DNA of 64,000 nucleotides from a virus: the IMG/VR virus record IMGVR_UViG_3300009320_000008, positions 1-64,000 of that record; one strand, written 5' to 3'. This document shows, piece by piece, positions 9,312 to 19,539 of this stretch. Position 1 is the first letter of the stretch. Every line of letters starts with the position of its first letter. Under the pieces are notes generated by a model. The model saw only the letters and a program-made list of their open reading frames with translations. It ran no database searches and was not told the DNA's origin. A program made the position numbers and the translations under genes.

Positions 9312-9651
9312 CCGCTTTTCCTTCCTCTGCTAATTTCACAACAGGATCGGAGGGGGTGATGTCTGAAAAGGGCTTGCCACATGCACAACAAACCGTAATA
9401 GGAAATTGGATGCGAACATCCGTTGGAGCTCCCAATAACATCTTGGGAATTATTTTGATGATGAAAACATCTGCGAATCTGGTACTTGTGCAGGGAACTT
9501 TCCCCTCCGCAGTTTCGAATACCCCACCACACTGTTTGGGTTGGTAGTAGACCCCTTTTTGCATGGCAGCTTGAAGCAGGTCCTGGTTTAATTGTTGCAT
9601 TTTCATTGCATCCCGTTCAGCTTGTCGTCTTTGCTGTCTCGAAAGTCCCAT
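9304..9651 (-). CDS. Hypothetical zinc-binding protein
   Basis: Cys pairs; RBS GGAGG. Confidence 0.55.
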   Translation of the reverse strand: MGLSRQQRRQAERDAMKMQQLNQDLLQAAMQKGVYYQPKQCGGVFETAEGKVPCTSTRFADVFIIKIIPKMLLGAPTDVRIQFPITVCCACGKPFSDITPSDPVVKLAEEGKADG

Positions 9652-9659
9652 AATTCCTC

Positions 9660-10550
9660 CTATGCAAGATCAAGGAGATCCTGCCATTTCTTTAACCATG
9701 TATTTCTAAGCATAGATTCAAATCCGTAAGTTTCAAACGTGTTTATAAAATCGATAAGGTGTAAGCTGTCAGACGTTATTTTTATAGGTCTTGTTCCTTC
9801 GAATGGAAGAACAACTAACCTTTTATTTTTTTCAATCAGAGACTTAGAATGCATTATGTCCTGATATGCTTTCGTAGTTACCTTAAGCCTGTGTTTCATG
9901 TACTTAATGGCGGTCTTTTCTTTTACTTTGGGAACGTTTGGAACGTTGTCTGTTGTGCATCCTGCTATTGTTTTTACAGTAGCCCATTCATAAGGATATA
10001 TTCCCCATTCTTCAGTGAATGACTCCTGTGTTATATGCTTTTGCGTTACAGGATCGTACATCCATGTATTCTTGTTGATAAGTTGGAATAAATCATTATC
10101 CCTTGATATTATAACGAATTTATGATTGGGATTATTTTGGGTAATAGAGGCGATTATGTCATCCGCCTCCATTCCCGTCTGAGAAAAGGTGTTTTTGAAT
10201 CCGAGACTTTTAAGAAAAGAGGATCGAAGTGTGGAGAACTGCTGATAGATTATTTTGCTCTCCCGTTTTTCTTTTTCCGTTTGTTCAGGATATTCCCTCT
10301 TTTTGTAATCAGGATAAATGTCTTTTCGGAAGTTGACAATGCTATCCCAAGCAAAAATCATCTTGTGGGCATCTAAGTCCGATCCGATCTTGTACATCTG
10401 ATGAACAAAGGAAAAGATTATCTCTGTCCTAAGATCATCGTATGTGAGATTCACATTCCTAATGGCATTTTTAGCCCGATGGCATATGAAATTGCTATCG
10501 AATATCAGGTATGTGTTATCCGTATTTTGGTTCCCACCCAAGACGCACAC
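9660..10550 (-). CDS. 5'-3' exonuclease / flap endonuclease (PolI N-terminal-like)
   Basis: FDSN, FAWD, FRKDIYPDYK, EADDII, SRDNDLFQL, GCTTDNVP. Confidence 0.9.
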   Translation of the reverse strand: MCVLGGNQNTDNTYLIFDSNFICHRAKNAIRNVNLTYDDLRTEIIFSFVHQMYKIGSDLDAHKMIFAWDSIVNFRKDIYPDYKKREYPEQTEKEKRESKIIYQQFSTLRSSFLKSLGFKNTFSQTGMEADDIIASITQNNPNHKFVIISRDNDLFQLINKNTWMYDPVTQKHITQESFTEEWGIYPYEWATVKTIAGCTTDNVPNVPKVKEKTAIKYMKHRLKVTTKAYQDIMHSKSLIEKNKRLVVLPFEGTRPIKITSDSLHLIDFINTFETYGFESMLRNTWLKKWQDLLDLA

Positions 10551-11643
10551 CTTCTTCCTTTTCTTGCCATGCCGTGCCTACAATATTAGCAAGTTCATCC
10601 GCAATCTTGTTGTCGCGGATATATTTTGCCAGGTTTGCCCCTGTTCCTTCGAAGTCAAACTCTGGGGCTTTGATGGTTTGCTTTGATTTTGTCCACCATC
10701 CTACCTGGTCTAAGAATGTTATGTTGGCTCCAATATCATCAATTCCATAGTCGTAATAGATCGGGAAGTCAATCTTACGTTCCTTTCCTGTAAGTTTGTT
10801 CTTGGAGACTTTTATTCGGGTATCAACTCCAACCGGCATCTTTAGTTTTTTCCACTCTTTTTGATAGCGGCTTATGATGGACAGCCACATTTCATGGGTG
10901 GCATAGAATTTTAAGGCACGACCTCCAGATCGGACCTTTGTTTCAAATCCGAATCCGATGTTGTCCCGAGTTTGTGAGACAATAATGACCAGGGAGTCTG
11001 TGTCGGCCAAACCTTTTGTAATAGCTCGGAGCAGTTCACTTGCCCACCGAGCTTTTTCGGTCTTATAGCCTCCCTTTCCTTTTGGTTTTTTCTTGACCTC
11101 ATCATTGAACGTTCCATATTCCTTTGCCATTTTTTTGGAACGTTCAATTTCCTCATTTGATGTTAGACCATCCAAACTATCTTCGACCCACACGAAAGGC
11201 TTGCCTCTATCAATTAGGGTCATAACGTTGCCGTATAGATTCTGAATGGTGCGGGATGTCACATCAGTTCGTACTCTCTGTTCAAATTTAGGGCCAAATA
11301 AATATCCCATGTTAAAAGCAAGTGCGTTTTCCGCATCACTATAAAACAAATCATATTCATCGAACCTTGGCTGATAAACCATTTCGGCAAGGCCAGTAAG
11401 AACAAGTAATGATTTACCGGCTGAACTGTCTCCAATAGGATTGACAAGGGTGCCTTTGGCGTATCCCCCATCGGGTTTGTCAGAACACGCACAATTCAGG
11501 AGTGTGCTGCCTGTCGGGATTAAATTTTCATAATCCAAAACAGGGTTTACTGGCTCCATCGGTGTTTCGATTTCTTCGATGGGGGACATGGATGTTTCTC
11601 TAACTTGATCTACAGGAGATTTTGTTGAGAGATTCAGTTCCAT
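10516..11643 (-). CDS. recA: RecA/UvsX-like recombinase
   Basis: IPTGS, GDSSAGKS, DAENA, EDSL, SQTR, SGGRALKFYA. Confidence 0.9.
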   Translation of the reverse strand: MELNLSTKSPVDQVRETSMSPIEEIETPMEPVNPVLDYENLIPTGSTLLNCACSDKPDGGYAKGTLVNPIGDSSAGKSLLVLTGLAEMVYQPRFDEYDLFYSDAENALAFNMGYLFGPKFEQRVRTDVTSRTIQNLYGNVMTLIDRGKPFVWVEDSLDGLTSNEEIERSKKMAKEYGTFNDEVKKKPKGKGGYKTEKARWASELLRAITKGLADTDSLVIIVSQTRDNIGFGFETKVRSGGRALKFYATHEMWLSIISRYQKEWKKLKMPVGVDTRIKVSKNKLTGKERKIDFPIYYDYGIDDIGANITFLDQVGWWTKSKQTIKAPEFDFEGTGANLAKYIRDNKIADELANIVGTAWQEKEEGVRLGWEPKYG

Positions 11644-12779
11644 TATGACGTTTTCCTCCTCGGTTGAAGTTTAGGCCTCCGCCGGGGTGTCGCATTTTTC
11701 TTTTCCTCTTTTTTGTCCTCGGCGGCGGCGTCTACTGCTGGAGCCTCAGGAGGTTGTTCTGTCAGGGGAGCAGTGGGAGCATCTTTCCCCCCGGCATTTT
11801 TGGCATCAAAGCAGGGATCGAAAATATCACATGTCCGACAGTCTTTCGACTCTCCAGTATTGACACCAAAAGCAAGACCTTTGGGGCATTTTTGTTCCTT
11901 GTCAGGAGGAGTGGGATCCTCCACTGTTTTTATGGGAACATCTTTCTCACGTCCAAAGTTTGAATCGTTTTGGACTGAAATAGGAGCAGAGGCATCGGCA
12001 ACTCCCTCTGGGAACCCTTTGTCCCATTCTTCAGCGGTGGGATGCATGTTGATTGTTTCATCCAGAGGGAATGTTTGTTCAAGAATATTGTCGGGAATGG
12101 CAGGTTCAAAACGGTCCACAAACTGGAAGCCTGTATATTCATGGCTGTCCTGCTTGTTACCCTGACGGTCTACATATTGACCTGTTACTTTGGCAGTAAA
12201 AGCCACTGATTTACCGTGATCGTGATGTGACCAGGCAATGGCACCCCCTCCTCGTGGGTTCTTGGAAATCTCGTCCACGTTCTTTTCGAAAAAGAAGTGG
12301 CTGATTTCCCACCATTTCAGTCCTTTGGCCTCCTCATCTGGTGTGGTATGGTCCCATACAAAATATACACACCGACGTTTTGAATTCAATGATTTCCATT
12401 GATCTGAGGACAAGTTCTGCACTTTCATATAAGTGCAAATTGAGTCCGGTTCTTTCCAGCCTCCCGTCTTCATTTGGCAAACCAAATGTGCATCACTTAT
12501 ACGATGTACCCATAAGTCAACGAGGTAGGCCAATCGACCTTCAGGTTTAAACGGATGTTGTTTCCCGGCATAGAAGGGAATCACATCAATAATGTATCCG
12601 GCTCCTTCTTTTGTAGGGGTGACTTTGAACTGTTCCATCCCTTCAGGGAATGCGTTCGGAAGAAATATGGACCCGAACGAATATCCTTTATCATCTTTTG
12701 TGTCCATCTGGTGCTGATGTTGATCTATCAGCTCCTGTTCTTGGTCTTTTGCACGATCCCGAAATGATCCCAGTCCCAT
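11643..12779 (-). CDS. Probable single-stranded DNA-binding protein (gp32-like) with C-terminal Cys domain
   Basis: Position between recA and a uvsY-like gene; low-complexity tail; inferred from synteny. Confidence 0.55.
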   Translation of the reverse strand: MGLGSFRDRAKDQEQELIDQHQHQMDTKDDKGYSFGSIFLPNAFPEGMEQFKVTPTKEGAGYIIDVIPFYAGKQHPFKPEGRLAYLVDLWVHRISDAHLVCQMKTGGWKEPDSICTYMKVQNLSSDQWKSLNSKRRCVYFVWDHTTPDEEAKGLKWWEISHFFFEKNVDEISKNPRGGGAIAWSHHDHGKSVAFTAKVTGQYVDRQGNKQDSHEYTGFQFVDRFEPAIPDNILEQTFPLDETINMHPTAEEWDKGFPEGVADASAPISVQNDSNFGREKDVPIKTVEDPTPPDKEQKCPKGLAFGVNTGESKDCRTCDIFDPCFDAKNAGGKDAPTAPLTEQPPEAPAVDAAAEDKKEEKKNATPRRRPKLQPRRKTS

Positions 12780-12894
12780 CTTTATCCTCCTGTTTTTTGA
12801 TTTCCGTTATTACAGCGTTTGCAATGACTTTAACCACTATGTGAAGGGCCACAAGCCCTCCAAAAATTATAATTGTAATCATCCACCATTTCAT
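12691..12894 (-). CDS. Small membrane protein
   Basis: Hydrophobic N-terminal segment. Confidence 0.4.
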   Translation of the reverse strand: MKWWMITIIIFGGLVALHIVVKVIANAVITEIKKQEDKDGTGIISGSCKRPRTGADRSTSAPDGHKR

Positions 12895-13415
12895 TTTGGT
12901 ATCCTGTTTGTTCCACTTTCAAGTTCTTTTTCGTGGAGTGATCTTCGTAAGTTTTCGGATGTTTGTCTTTCAAGAACAGGGGTTGTCCAATATTCATCAT
13001 GGTAAAGCCTTTGGGCATCCGCCATATTGCCTTTCATATTACGAAACCCATCCATGGCGATTTTATAATCATCCCGGTCGGACTGTAGTTTTATCTGGTC
13101 TATCTTAGCTTTTATGTAATCGTCTTGGGTACGATAGAATGCTTCTGTCTGTGGACCGGTAGGTTCTTTTGAGAACCCATACTCCTTAAAATTAAGGCGC
13201 AGTTCAAGAATCCACTTGCTTCGGATAGTCTTTACCCGTTCTTCAGCCCTTCTCATCTTCCTACCAGTTTGCGCCCAAAGCTTTCCCCATTTGTCGGCAT
13301 CCAAAGCTTGTTTTTGCAAACACAAGTGAAGATTATTAAGGTCAACTTTTATGTCTTCCTCATAATCATAATTAGGCATAGACTCCAGATTTTTATCATC
13401 GAATTTTTCTTCCAT
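12891..13415 (-). CDS. UvsY-like recombination mediator
   Basis: Helical 174-aa protein (DIKVDLNNL..) next to SSB/RecA. Confidence 0.55.
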   Translation of the reverse strand: MEEKFDDKNLESMPNYDYEEDIKVDLNNLHLCLQKQALDADKWGKLWAQTGRKMRRAEERVKTIRSKWILELRLNFKEYGFSKEPTGPQTEAFYRTQDDYIKAKIDQIKLQSDRDDYKIAMDGFRNMKGNMADAQRLYHDEYWTTPVLERQTSENLRRSLHEKELESGTNRIPK

Positions 13416-13423
13416 GATCCCCC

Positions 13424-15517
13424 TTAAAATGAAATATCATCATTCTTGGTTCCTGATTTGCAAGCTAACAAGGTAGCACTTGTGAGTCCTGCCCTACCAA
13501 TATACATGAAGGAATCAAAAAATAGAGATTGTATTTTGAATAGGCGCATGGACTGTGCCATCGTTGTATCCTCATTCAACATTATCGCCTCAATATAATT
13601 GAGGATTCCCCTCCTTGTTTGCTCGGCATCTCCACTGAAGTTATTCAATGCCTTTCTTGCTCTTTCCCATTTGTGATTTCCAGAAGTTGAAGGGTCGATA
13701 AGAATCTTGACAAGATCCTCTGTTTGTCTTCCCCCTGTGCTGATCATTTGCAATGCTTCAATGGCAACTCGTGGGTCTTCGATGTCAATCACCTCGTCCA
13801 GCATCTTTAAAGCCTTACCAGGTGATCCATTTGACATGAGTGTTATTTCTTCAAGGACGGGTCTGAGTGGTTCTAATCCTTCTGCTCCACATATGTCATG
13901 CAACAGGGAGAGCAGTTCCCCACGAACAAGGGGTTTCGGTTCATATTGATGGCTTCTACGTTGGATAGCTTCTCTTAATATAGGCTTTATGATTTCCATT
14001 TCAGCCGTTGCCAATATGAAATGAACATGGGCTGGAGGTTCTTCGAGACTGGTGAGAAGGGCGTTCCATCCATCAACCGTGATCTTGTGGCAATTATGCA
14101 CCATAACATTATTGGCTATATACGAATGATCCTTTTCTATTTCTAAATCATAAAATTCTATAAATCCTTTATTTCTTTCTTTATCTTTGATAACACTTTG
14201 GAAAGATTGGTCATTACTTCCTCGTTGGTAAATCTCAACACTTTCCACCCTAATTCTTTCAGTCGATCCCCTTTCTTTTTGTCTAATGATATTTGTTTTT
14301 TTGTTCTGTGACCTTTCCCGTCCACTTCTACTCCCAACATTAGTTCTATGTTCGCTATATCCAATTTGTAATTTTTTGGATAACCTTTTCTCCATTTCCC
14401 CAATCCCACAGCTACTTCCATCGGCCATCCCAAAGCAGTGGCTAAAAGTATTTGTGGTTCTGTAAAATGTCCGTTCCCTCCACGTTTTCCTTTCCAAATA
14501 TGAAGTGATCCATTCAACCGCTTTACCTCTAACATTTTCTTTATGTTTTTTTTGTTTTTCATTGGGTTTTTGGTCTTCATTCGAATAGATCTTTTCAAGC
14601 GGAGACTTTTTGATTCTTCCGAATCTGAATTCCAAAATCTTTTTAAGGATGTTTTTTGCTTTTCTTTGGTTGATTGGGAATAGACTTTCTTTCTGAATTC
14701 CCCTTGGAAATTTCTCCATTTCCCAACACATTTTTGAGAGCAGAAACGATGTCCAATCGATCTTATTCCCAAAAATGTTTTCCCACAATGTTGGCATTGC
14801 ATTGGATTTCGTGTTTTGCATTCCAAACAGTATAAAGCGTTCCATGATTTTGGACAAAATTCTTTTTGGCATCCTTGACAAATAATCATTGATTTTAGTA
14901 TCCTTTTGTGAATTTTTGTTTAGCATTAATTCACTATCATAGCAAACCAATTCATGTTTGTCAAGAAATATAGCTTTTTTCCAACCATTGTCAGTATCAA
15001 ATTCATGTTCCTTAGAACAAAACATTGAACTTCCATTAGAAAAATTCAATCTAATAACACGATCAAGAGGAACTTTGTTTATGAATTTATTTTTTACGAT
15101 ATCAATTCCCTGCCTATTGAAAACAGACTCTCCCACCTCTATTTTTTCAATGGGAACCAATCCCTTTTTTACAGTTGTGATAGGTGTTCCTTTTGCAAAA
15201 CATTCATCGAAAAAATACGCTTTCTTCTCCCCATGAGCAGGGGCATAATGAGAGTCGGTAATGACATCACGGATTGTATCTATACCCCTTGTGTTGGCAG
15301 TGTTGTAGGCGTAGAAATCAGCATCATGGATGCTCAATGCATTTTGGATGATACGAGCTAAGGTTGTCTTCCCCGTTCCCGGACGGCCTGTGAAAAGAAA
15401 GGTTGAGGGGATTTTGTCAGGATCCCTTGCTAAAACAAGACCCAAAGATTCTACCAGGGCATCATTTCCATAAAATTCATCAAGACTCTCCGGCCTATAC
15501 GTAATGTGCAAGGGCAT
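13424..15517 (-). CDS. dnaX: DnaX (Pol III gamma/tau)-like clamp loader containing an intein
   Basis: YRPESLDE, GRPGTGKTT, FFDE|intein|CH, NALLTSLEEPP. Confidence 0.9.
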   Translation of the reverse strand: MPLHITYRPESLDEFYGNDALVESLGLVLARDPDKIPSTFLFTGRPGTGKTTLARIIQNALSIHDADFYAYNTANTRGIDTIRDVITDSHYAPAHGEKKAYFFDECFAKGTPITTVKKGLVPIEKIEVGESVFNRQGIDIVKNKFINKVPLDRVIRLNFSNGSSMFCSKEHEFDTDNGWKKAIFLDKHELVCYDSELMLNKNSQKDTKINDYLSRMPKRILSKIMERFILFGMQNTKSNAMPTLWENIFGNKIDWTSFLLSKMCWEMEKFPRGIQKESLFPINQRKAKNILKKILEFRFGRIKKSPLEKIYSNEDQKPNEKQKKHKENVRGKAVEWITSYLERKTWRERTFYRTTNTFSHCFGMADGSSCGIGEMEKRLSKKLQIGYSEHRTNVGSRSGRERSQNKKTNIIRQKERGSTERIRVESVEIYQRGSNDQSFQSVIKDKERNKGFIEFYDLEIEKDHSYIANNVMVHNCHKITVDGWNALLTSLEEPPAHVHFILATAEMEIIKPILREAIQRRSHQYEPKPLVRGELLSLLHDICGAEGLEPLRPVLEEITLMSNGSPGKALKMLDEVIDIEDPRVAIEALQMISTGGRQTEDLVKILIDPSTSGNHKWERARKALNNFSGDAEQTRRGILNYIEAIMLNEDTTMAQSMRLFKIQSLFFDSFMYIGRAGLTSATLLACKSGTKNDDISF
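14093..15202 (-). mobile_element. Intein (370 aa) inserted after the Walker B DE
   Basis: Begins CFAKGT, block B CSKEHEF, ends YDLEI..VMVHN followed by Cys. Confidence 0.92.
14158..14889 (-). CDS. Vsr/DUF559-like endonuclease with zinc fingers, overprinted in the +1 frame inside the intein
   Basis: CxxC repeats, YKLDIA..GVEVDGKGH..D..L..LGWKVLRFTN; AAGGA upstream of ATG. Confidence 0.85.
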   Translation of the reverse strand: MIICQGCQKEFCPKSWNALYCLECKTRNPMQCQHCGKTFLGIRSIGHRFCSQKCVGKWRNFQGEFRKKVYSQSTKEKQKTSLKRFWNSDSEESKSLRLKRSIRMKTKNPMKNKKNIKKMLEVKRLNGSLHIWKGKRGGNGHFTEPQILLATALGWPMEVAVGLGKWRKGYPKNYKLDIANIELMLGVEVDGKGHRTKKQISLDKKKGDRLKELGWKVLRFTNEEVMTNLSKVLSKIKKEIKDL

Positions 15518-15572
15518 TATTTTCTCCTTATCTTTAAGATATTATAACATAATTTGCCGAGTTCCGAACAAA

Positions 15573-16334
15573 TTATTTTTCATAGTTGCAATGATAGGAA
15601 TAAGGAGCGTTGATTACTCTTTCCATTTGTTCGATGGTGAATTCTTTGCTGAATTCATCGATGGTATTTCTAACCGCCACCAGATTCATTTTGGCTTTGA
15701 AAGCTTTGATTGCTCGTTGGACAGCAAGTTCAATCCCTGTTTTTCTGTTGTATTGTTCCATAGTCGAGGTGATTGCCATCCCGGTGGCAATTCTCCCTAT
15801 GGGATCGGTGATGTAAAACATAGTATAGGGATCCTTTTCTTCAAGCCGCAATATCACAGGTGCGATTTTGCGGAAGAAATTTGCGTGGTTGGATATTTCA
15901 TGAAACAATTGCTCATCCTCCCAAATAGAAGTGGGAATGTATATGTTGCTGTTCGGATCAATTAATTTTTTCATGTTTGATCTACATCGTTTTATGTATC
16001 CCGAATCTTTCATTTTTCCCTCCTTTTTTGGCGGTACATTAAAATCCATTTTTTCGCTTACGTATCTTGGGTAGGCAGGATCGATAGGATTGGGGGAAGA
16101 GGGCCATCCATCATTAGGAGTAAATTTAGTTATTCCTAAGCTTTTTTCAATTATTCCATTTCCCCACACCCCGGCAATCTTTTTGATGAGTTCTGAAGAT
16201 AACATTCCTTCAGGTATAAGTCCCTGCCGTCTGGGTAAATTCAAAATAATATCTTTATTTTCTTTGGACATCGGCCCGATTGTTCTTCCTGTAAGTTCAT
16301 TGCTCATATAAAAATCTTTTATTGTGTGCTTCAA
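15573..16334 (-). CDS. Hypothetical protein
   Basis: 253-aa ORF; no recognised motif. Confidence 0.5.
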   Translation of the reverse strand: MKHTIKDFYMSNELTGRTIGPMSKENKDIILNLPRRQGLIPEGMLSSELIKKIAGVWGNGIIEKSLGITKFTPNDGWPSSPNPIDPAYPRYVSEKMDFNVPPKKEGKMKDSGYIKRCRSNMKKLIDPNSNIYIPTSIWEDEQLFHEISNHANFFRKIAPVILRLEEKDPYTMFYITDPIGRIATGMAITSTMEQYNRKTGIELAVQRAIKAFKAKMNLVAVRNTIDEFSKEFTIEQMERVINAPYSYHCNYEK

Positions 16335-16343
16335 AGATATTAA

Positions 16344-18974
16344 TCATAATTTATATTCCTTTGTTTCATACCAACTTGCGTTTATAGGGGCTACCTCATG
16401 TTCTATCTCCAAAGGTACGTTGATCCACGGAAAAACTTTTCTGACCTCTACGGTCCCAAAATGATCGATAGTTTCTATCACCCGTTTTAATTCTGACGGA
16501 TGTGTATTATGTATCATACAGTCATGTATTTGTCCCATCAACTTACTTTTCCATGATTCTTCTTTGGCAGTTCTAACAACCTGTATAATAGTCCACAGAA
16601 GAATATGGAATGCCGTTCCCTGTGTTTGATAGTTCGTACATTGGTTATAGGTCATATAGCCTTGGAATCTGAATCCCATATGACTATCGATGAATCCCAT
16701 TGACCTGTATTCTTCGTTGATCTCGTCTTTCCATTTATTATACGTAGGAAAGCGTTCGTTCCAAAATTTGTTTTCGTACTTTTGGCAGTGGTCTACAAAT
16801 GAATCAAAGCTTACAATTCGCATCCGAGTCATATGGTCTTTGACTCTGTATCCCTCCCGAATTTCAAGATCCATACAGTTTTCCCACAATGTTTTGGCGC
16901 ATTCTTTATACCATGATCCATAAAACTGTGGGAATACCCAACAATTCTTACTATAAAATCGGATCATCTTTGTAACTTCGTCCAAAGCGAGAATCCAAAT
17001 GTCGGATGCTGTATCTCTATGCATGTCGGTATTGGGATCTGTTACATATTTGATAAGGGCAGGGTCTTTATGGTAGCAACAACTCGTGCCGACCTCTACT
17101 CCACTGAAATCACTCTCTACAATTTGAAATCCTTCATAAGGCATGATGCCGGATCGTGTTAGTTTCTTTGCTTCTGGATCACGTTTTGGAATGTTTTGTT
17201 GATTCGGGTCATAACTTGAGGATCGAAAGCTGACCGGGATATTTAGGGCTATTGATGGGTGCATGACACCATTTATGGATGCTTCCAAGAATTGATTGGG
17301 ATAGGATATAACCTTACCCCATCTCCTTAGCCTTAAAACATTCCGTGTAAATTTGATGTTGATCTTTTTTAGGACTTCCTCATCGATTGACCAGTTCCCC
17401 TTATCTGTCTCCTTTGTTGGGGTGTGTTTAAGAATGTCGAACAGGATGATTTTCAAATGAGTTGGAGATATATCTTTCTCAACCTTTAAATTTTTTCCCG
17501 TATGCTCGTAGAAAAGAATTGCTTCCTCACTTTCCTCAAGGTCTTTTTTTACCTTCTTCATCTTTTCCACAAGATCGAGAATGGTTTTTGAATAGTATTC
17601 CGTGTCAGTAGGAATTCCGTTCATTTCCACGTCTGCGAGGGCAAGCGTACCTTCATGAAACAAGTCGTATGCCTCATAAAAGCCGGGGTTTTGCTCAAAT
17701 ATTGGAGTTTGACGATCAGCTAACCACAATTCATAGAGAGAATCCTTTCCCCCATACTTTAGTAATGAGTCAAGAGGACAGTCCATAATTGTATTGAACG
17801 CTTCTCCTGACTTAGCTTTCAGATAGGGATTTACAATTTGATTGTATGGAAACAATCCAAAGTTTAACATGATTTGAAAGTCAAGGGAGGTGATGCCTGA
17901 TCTGTTGTCAATGATATGGGAGGCCAACATTGTATCCCACTCCCATTCTTGAACTTCAACATCGAGGATCATCTTACTCCAAATATGTTCGAACTTGATA
18001 TTTTGAGCTATCTTGGAAATATTTTTGGCTTCAAGGATTTGACACCACAGGTCTTTAATTTGGTTTTGCTCATCCTGTGTGAAATGTCCTGCGTATTGAT
18101 ATGGAAATGACCATGCTGTTTTTTCGCCATTCGTTCCAGTGCAAGCAACACTTATGGTTGCTATTTTATGTCCTGGAATGTATGGTTTTATTCCAGTAGT
18201 CTCATAATCGAAAACAATCTCCGATTTATACCATAAAATATGATTAAGGATATCTATGACTTCATCGAATTTGTATAGGATACGAATGTCTTCCTCTGGC
18301 AGTTCTGGAATCTTATCTCCCTTTCTTACAAAGTCAAGGGCATAGTCCAGATCCCTTTCGAAAACTGACAGAAGGTTTTTGTTATTTTCATCACGAGAAG
18401 GATAAGAAGGATGAAACAAGGGCATTACCCATGCATTAAAACGTTTGTCGGGAATACGAAACCCTCTCCATTTTGTGATATTAAGATGCTTCCCTTCCAT
18501 TTCTTCTGCATACAGGGATTTTAAAGCTACACCTCCAAACACAAATATATATTCCGGTTTTAGCTTTTCTATTGTGTCAAACACTTTGGGACGGCAACAG
18601 GCTATTTCGTTATCGGTAGGAGTTCGATTCTTTTTCGTACCTGGAGTTTTGCCTTCCTCCCAAGGCCAGCAACTAATTGCATTGACTTTCCAGAAATCTT
18701 TGTCCAGATTGTAACCCCTCATCCTGAGCTTCTTTCTGAACCATTGTCCTATCTCTCCTTTCAACTGTTCTCCGAGTTCGTCTTCCGTTCCACCACTTGC
18801 TTCGAGAAGGATTAAAGTCTTTAGTTTTCCTTCACCTGTTACTTCCATTTTTGGGGAGAAGCATGTTCTATACAGACCACATTCAAGGCACTTCGGCCCG
18901 TCACTTGTAGCCCGAAAGTCAACACGGGTCTGGTCTTGCATTTCTTCAAGATCAAAGAATCCGGATTGTTTCAT
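16344..18974 (-). CDS. polA: Family A DNA polymerase with N-terminal family-4 UDG-like domain and 3'-5' exonuclease
   Basis: CLEC..LEASG..NRTPT..HPSY (UDG); FDYETTG (ExoI); QQNIP, DFSGVE, K..F..FYG, QIHD. Confidence 0.92.
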   Translation of the reverse strand: MKQSGFFDLEEMQDQTRVDFRATSDGPKCLECGLYRTCFSPKMEVTGEGKLKTLILLEASGGTEDELGEQLKGEIGQWFRKKLRMRGYNLDKDFWKVNAISCWPWEEGKTPGTKKNRTPTDNEIACCRPKVFDTIEKLKPEYIFVFGGVALKSLYAEEMEGKHLNITKWRGFRIPDKRFNAWVMPLFHPSYPSRDENNKNLLSVFERDLDYALDFVRKGDKIPELPEEDIRILYKFDEVIDILNHILWYKSEIVFDYETTGIKPYIPGHKIATISVACTGTNGEKTAWSFPYQYAGHFTQDEQNQIKDLWCQILEAKNISKIAQNIKFEHIWSKMILDVEVQEWEWDTMLASHIIDNRSGITSLDFQIMLNFGLFPYNQIVNPYLKAKSGEAFNTIMDCPLDSLLKYGGKDSLYELWLADRQTPIFEQNPGFYEAYDLFHEGTLALADVEMNGIPTDTEYYSKTILDLVEKMKKVKKDLEESEEAILFYEHTGKNLKVEKDISPTHLKIILFDILKHTPTKETDKGNWSIDEEVLKKINIKFTRNVLRLRRWGKVISYPNQFLEASINGVMHPSIALNIPVSFRSSSYDPNQQNIPKRDPEAKKLTRSGIMPYEGFQIVESDFSGVEVGTSCCYHKDPALIKYVTDPNTDMHRDTASDIWILALDEVTKMIRFYSKNCWVFPQFYGSWYKECAKTLWENCMDLEIREGYRVKDHMTRMRIVSFDSFVDHCQKYENKFWNERFPTYNKWKDEINEEYRSMGFIDSHMGFRFQGYMTYNQCTNYQTQGTAFHILLWTIIQVVRTAKEESWKSKLMGQIHDCMIHNTHPSELKRVIETIDHFGTVEVRKVFPWINVPLEIEHEVAPINASWYETKEYKL

Positions 18975-19225
18975 ATTGTTTTCCTTGCATTGAATCCAAA
19001 TCCAAAATGTTTTCTCGTATTTGTTTTAATCACTTTTATTCCCATATATGAATATGGGGGAATTGGTAGTTGAGGATACCCGCCTTGGGCTTTTAGTCGC
19101 TTAAGCCATGGAACGAAAATATTGTATTCGACTTCTCCTAAGTATATAATTTCCGGAGTTCCATTAACTTTCATAGCTTCCGCTATTTTTTCAACAAATG
19201 CCAATTCCTTATTGGTTTGTTTCAT
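18971..19225 (-). CDS. Hypothetical protein
   Basis: ORF coupled to polA. Confidence 0.55.
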   Translation of the reverse strand: MKQTNKELAFVEKIAEAMKVNGTPEIIYLGEVEYNIFVPWLKRLKAQGGYPQLPIPPYSYMGIKVIKTNTRKHFGFGFNARKTI

Positions 19226-19539
19226 ATCTCACCTGTGTCTACAAACTTTTGGAGGATCGGAATCAGTTCTTTTACTTGATCTCTGGATAAATGCATACGT
19301 GTAGTCAAAAGAACGTCTTTTGGGATTGTGTATTTTGCCCATCCCGTCCCATTTGGTATGATTTTTGATGCCATAATTTGAGGATTGGCATCATCGATTC
19401 CAAACCATATTGCATCTTCAGTGGCAAGACTGCTTTTTTGAAGGGAATAGTTATTCTCATACAAGTCCACCATTTCGTAAAGAGCAAATCCTCTTTCCGT
19501 GTATTTCTTTTTCATACTATACACTCCCTTTGTGACCAT
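19222..19539 (-). CDS. Conserved phage hypothetical protein
   Basis: TERGF..SLQKSSLATEDAIW..RMHL pattern. Confidence 0.65.
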   Translation of the reverse strand: MVTKGVYSMKKKYTERGFALYEMVDLYENNYSLQKSSLATEDAIWFGIDDANPQIMASKIIPNGTGWAKYTIPKDVLLTTRMHLSRDQVKELIPILQKFVDTGEI

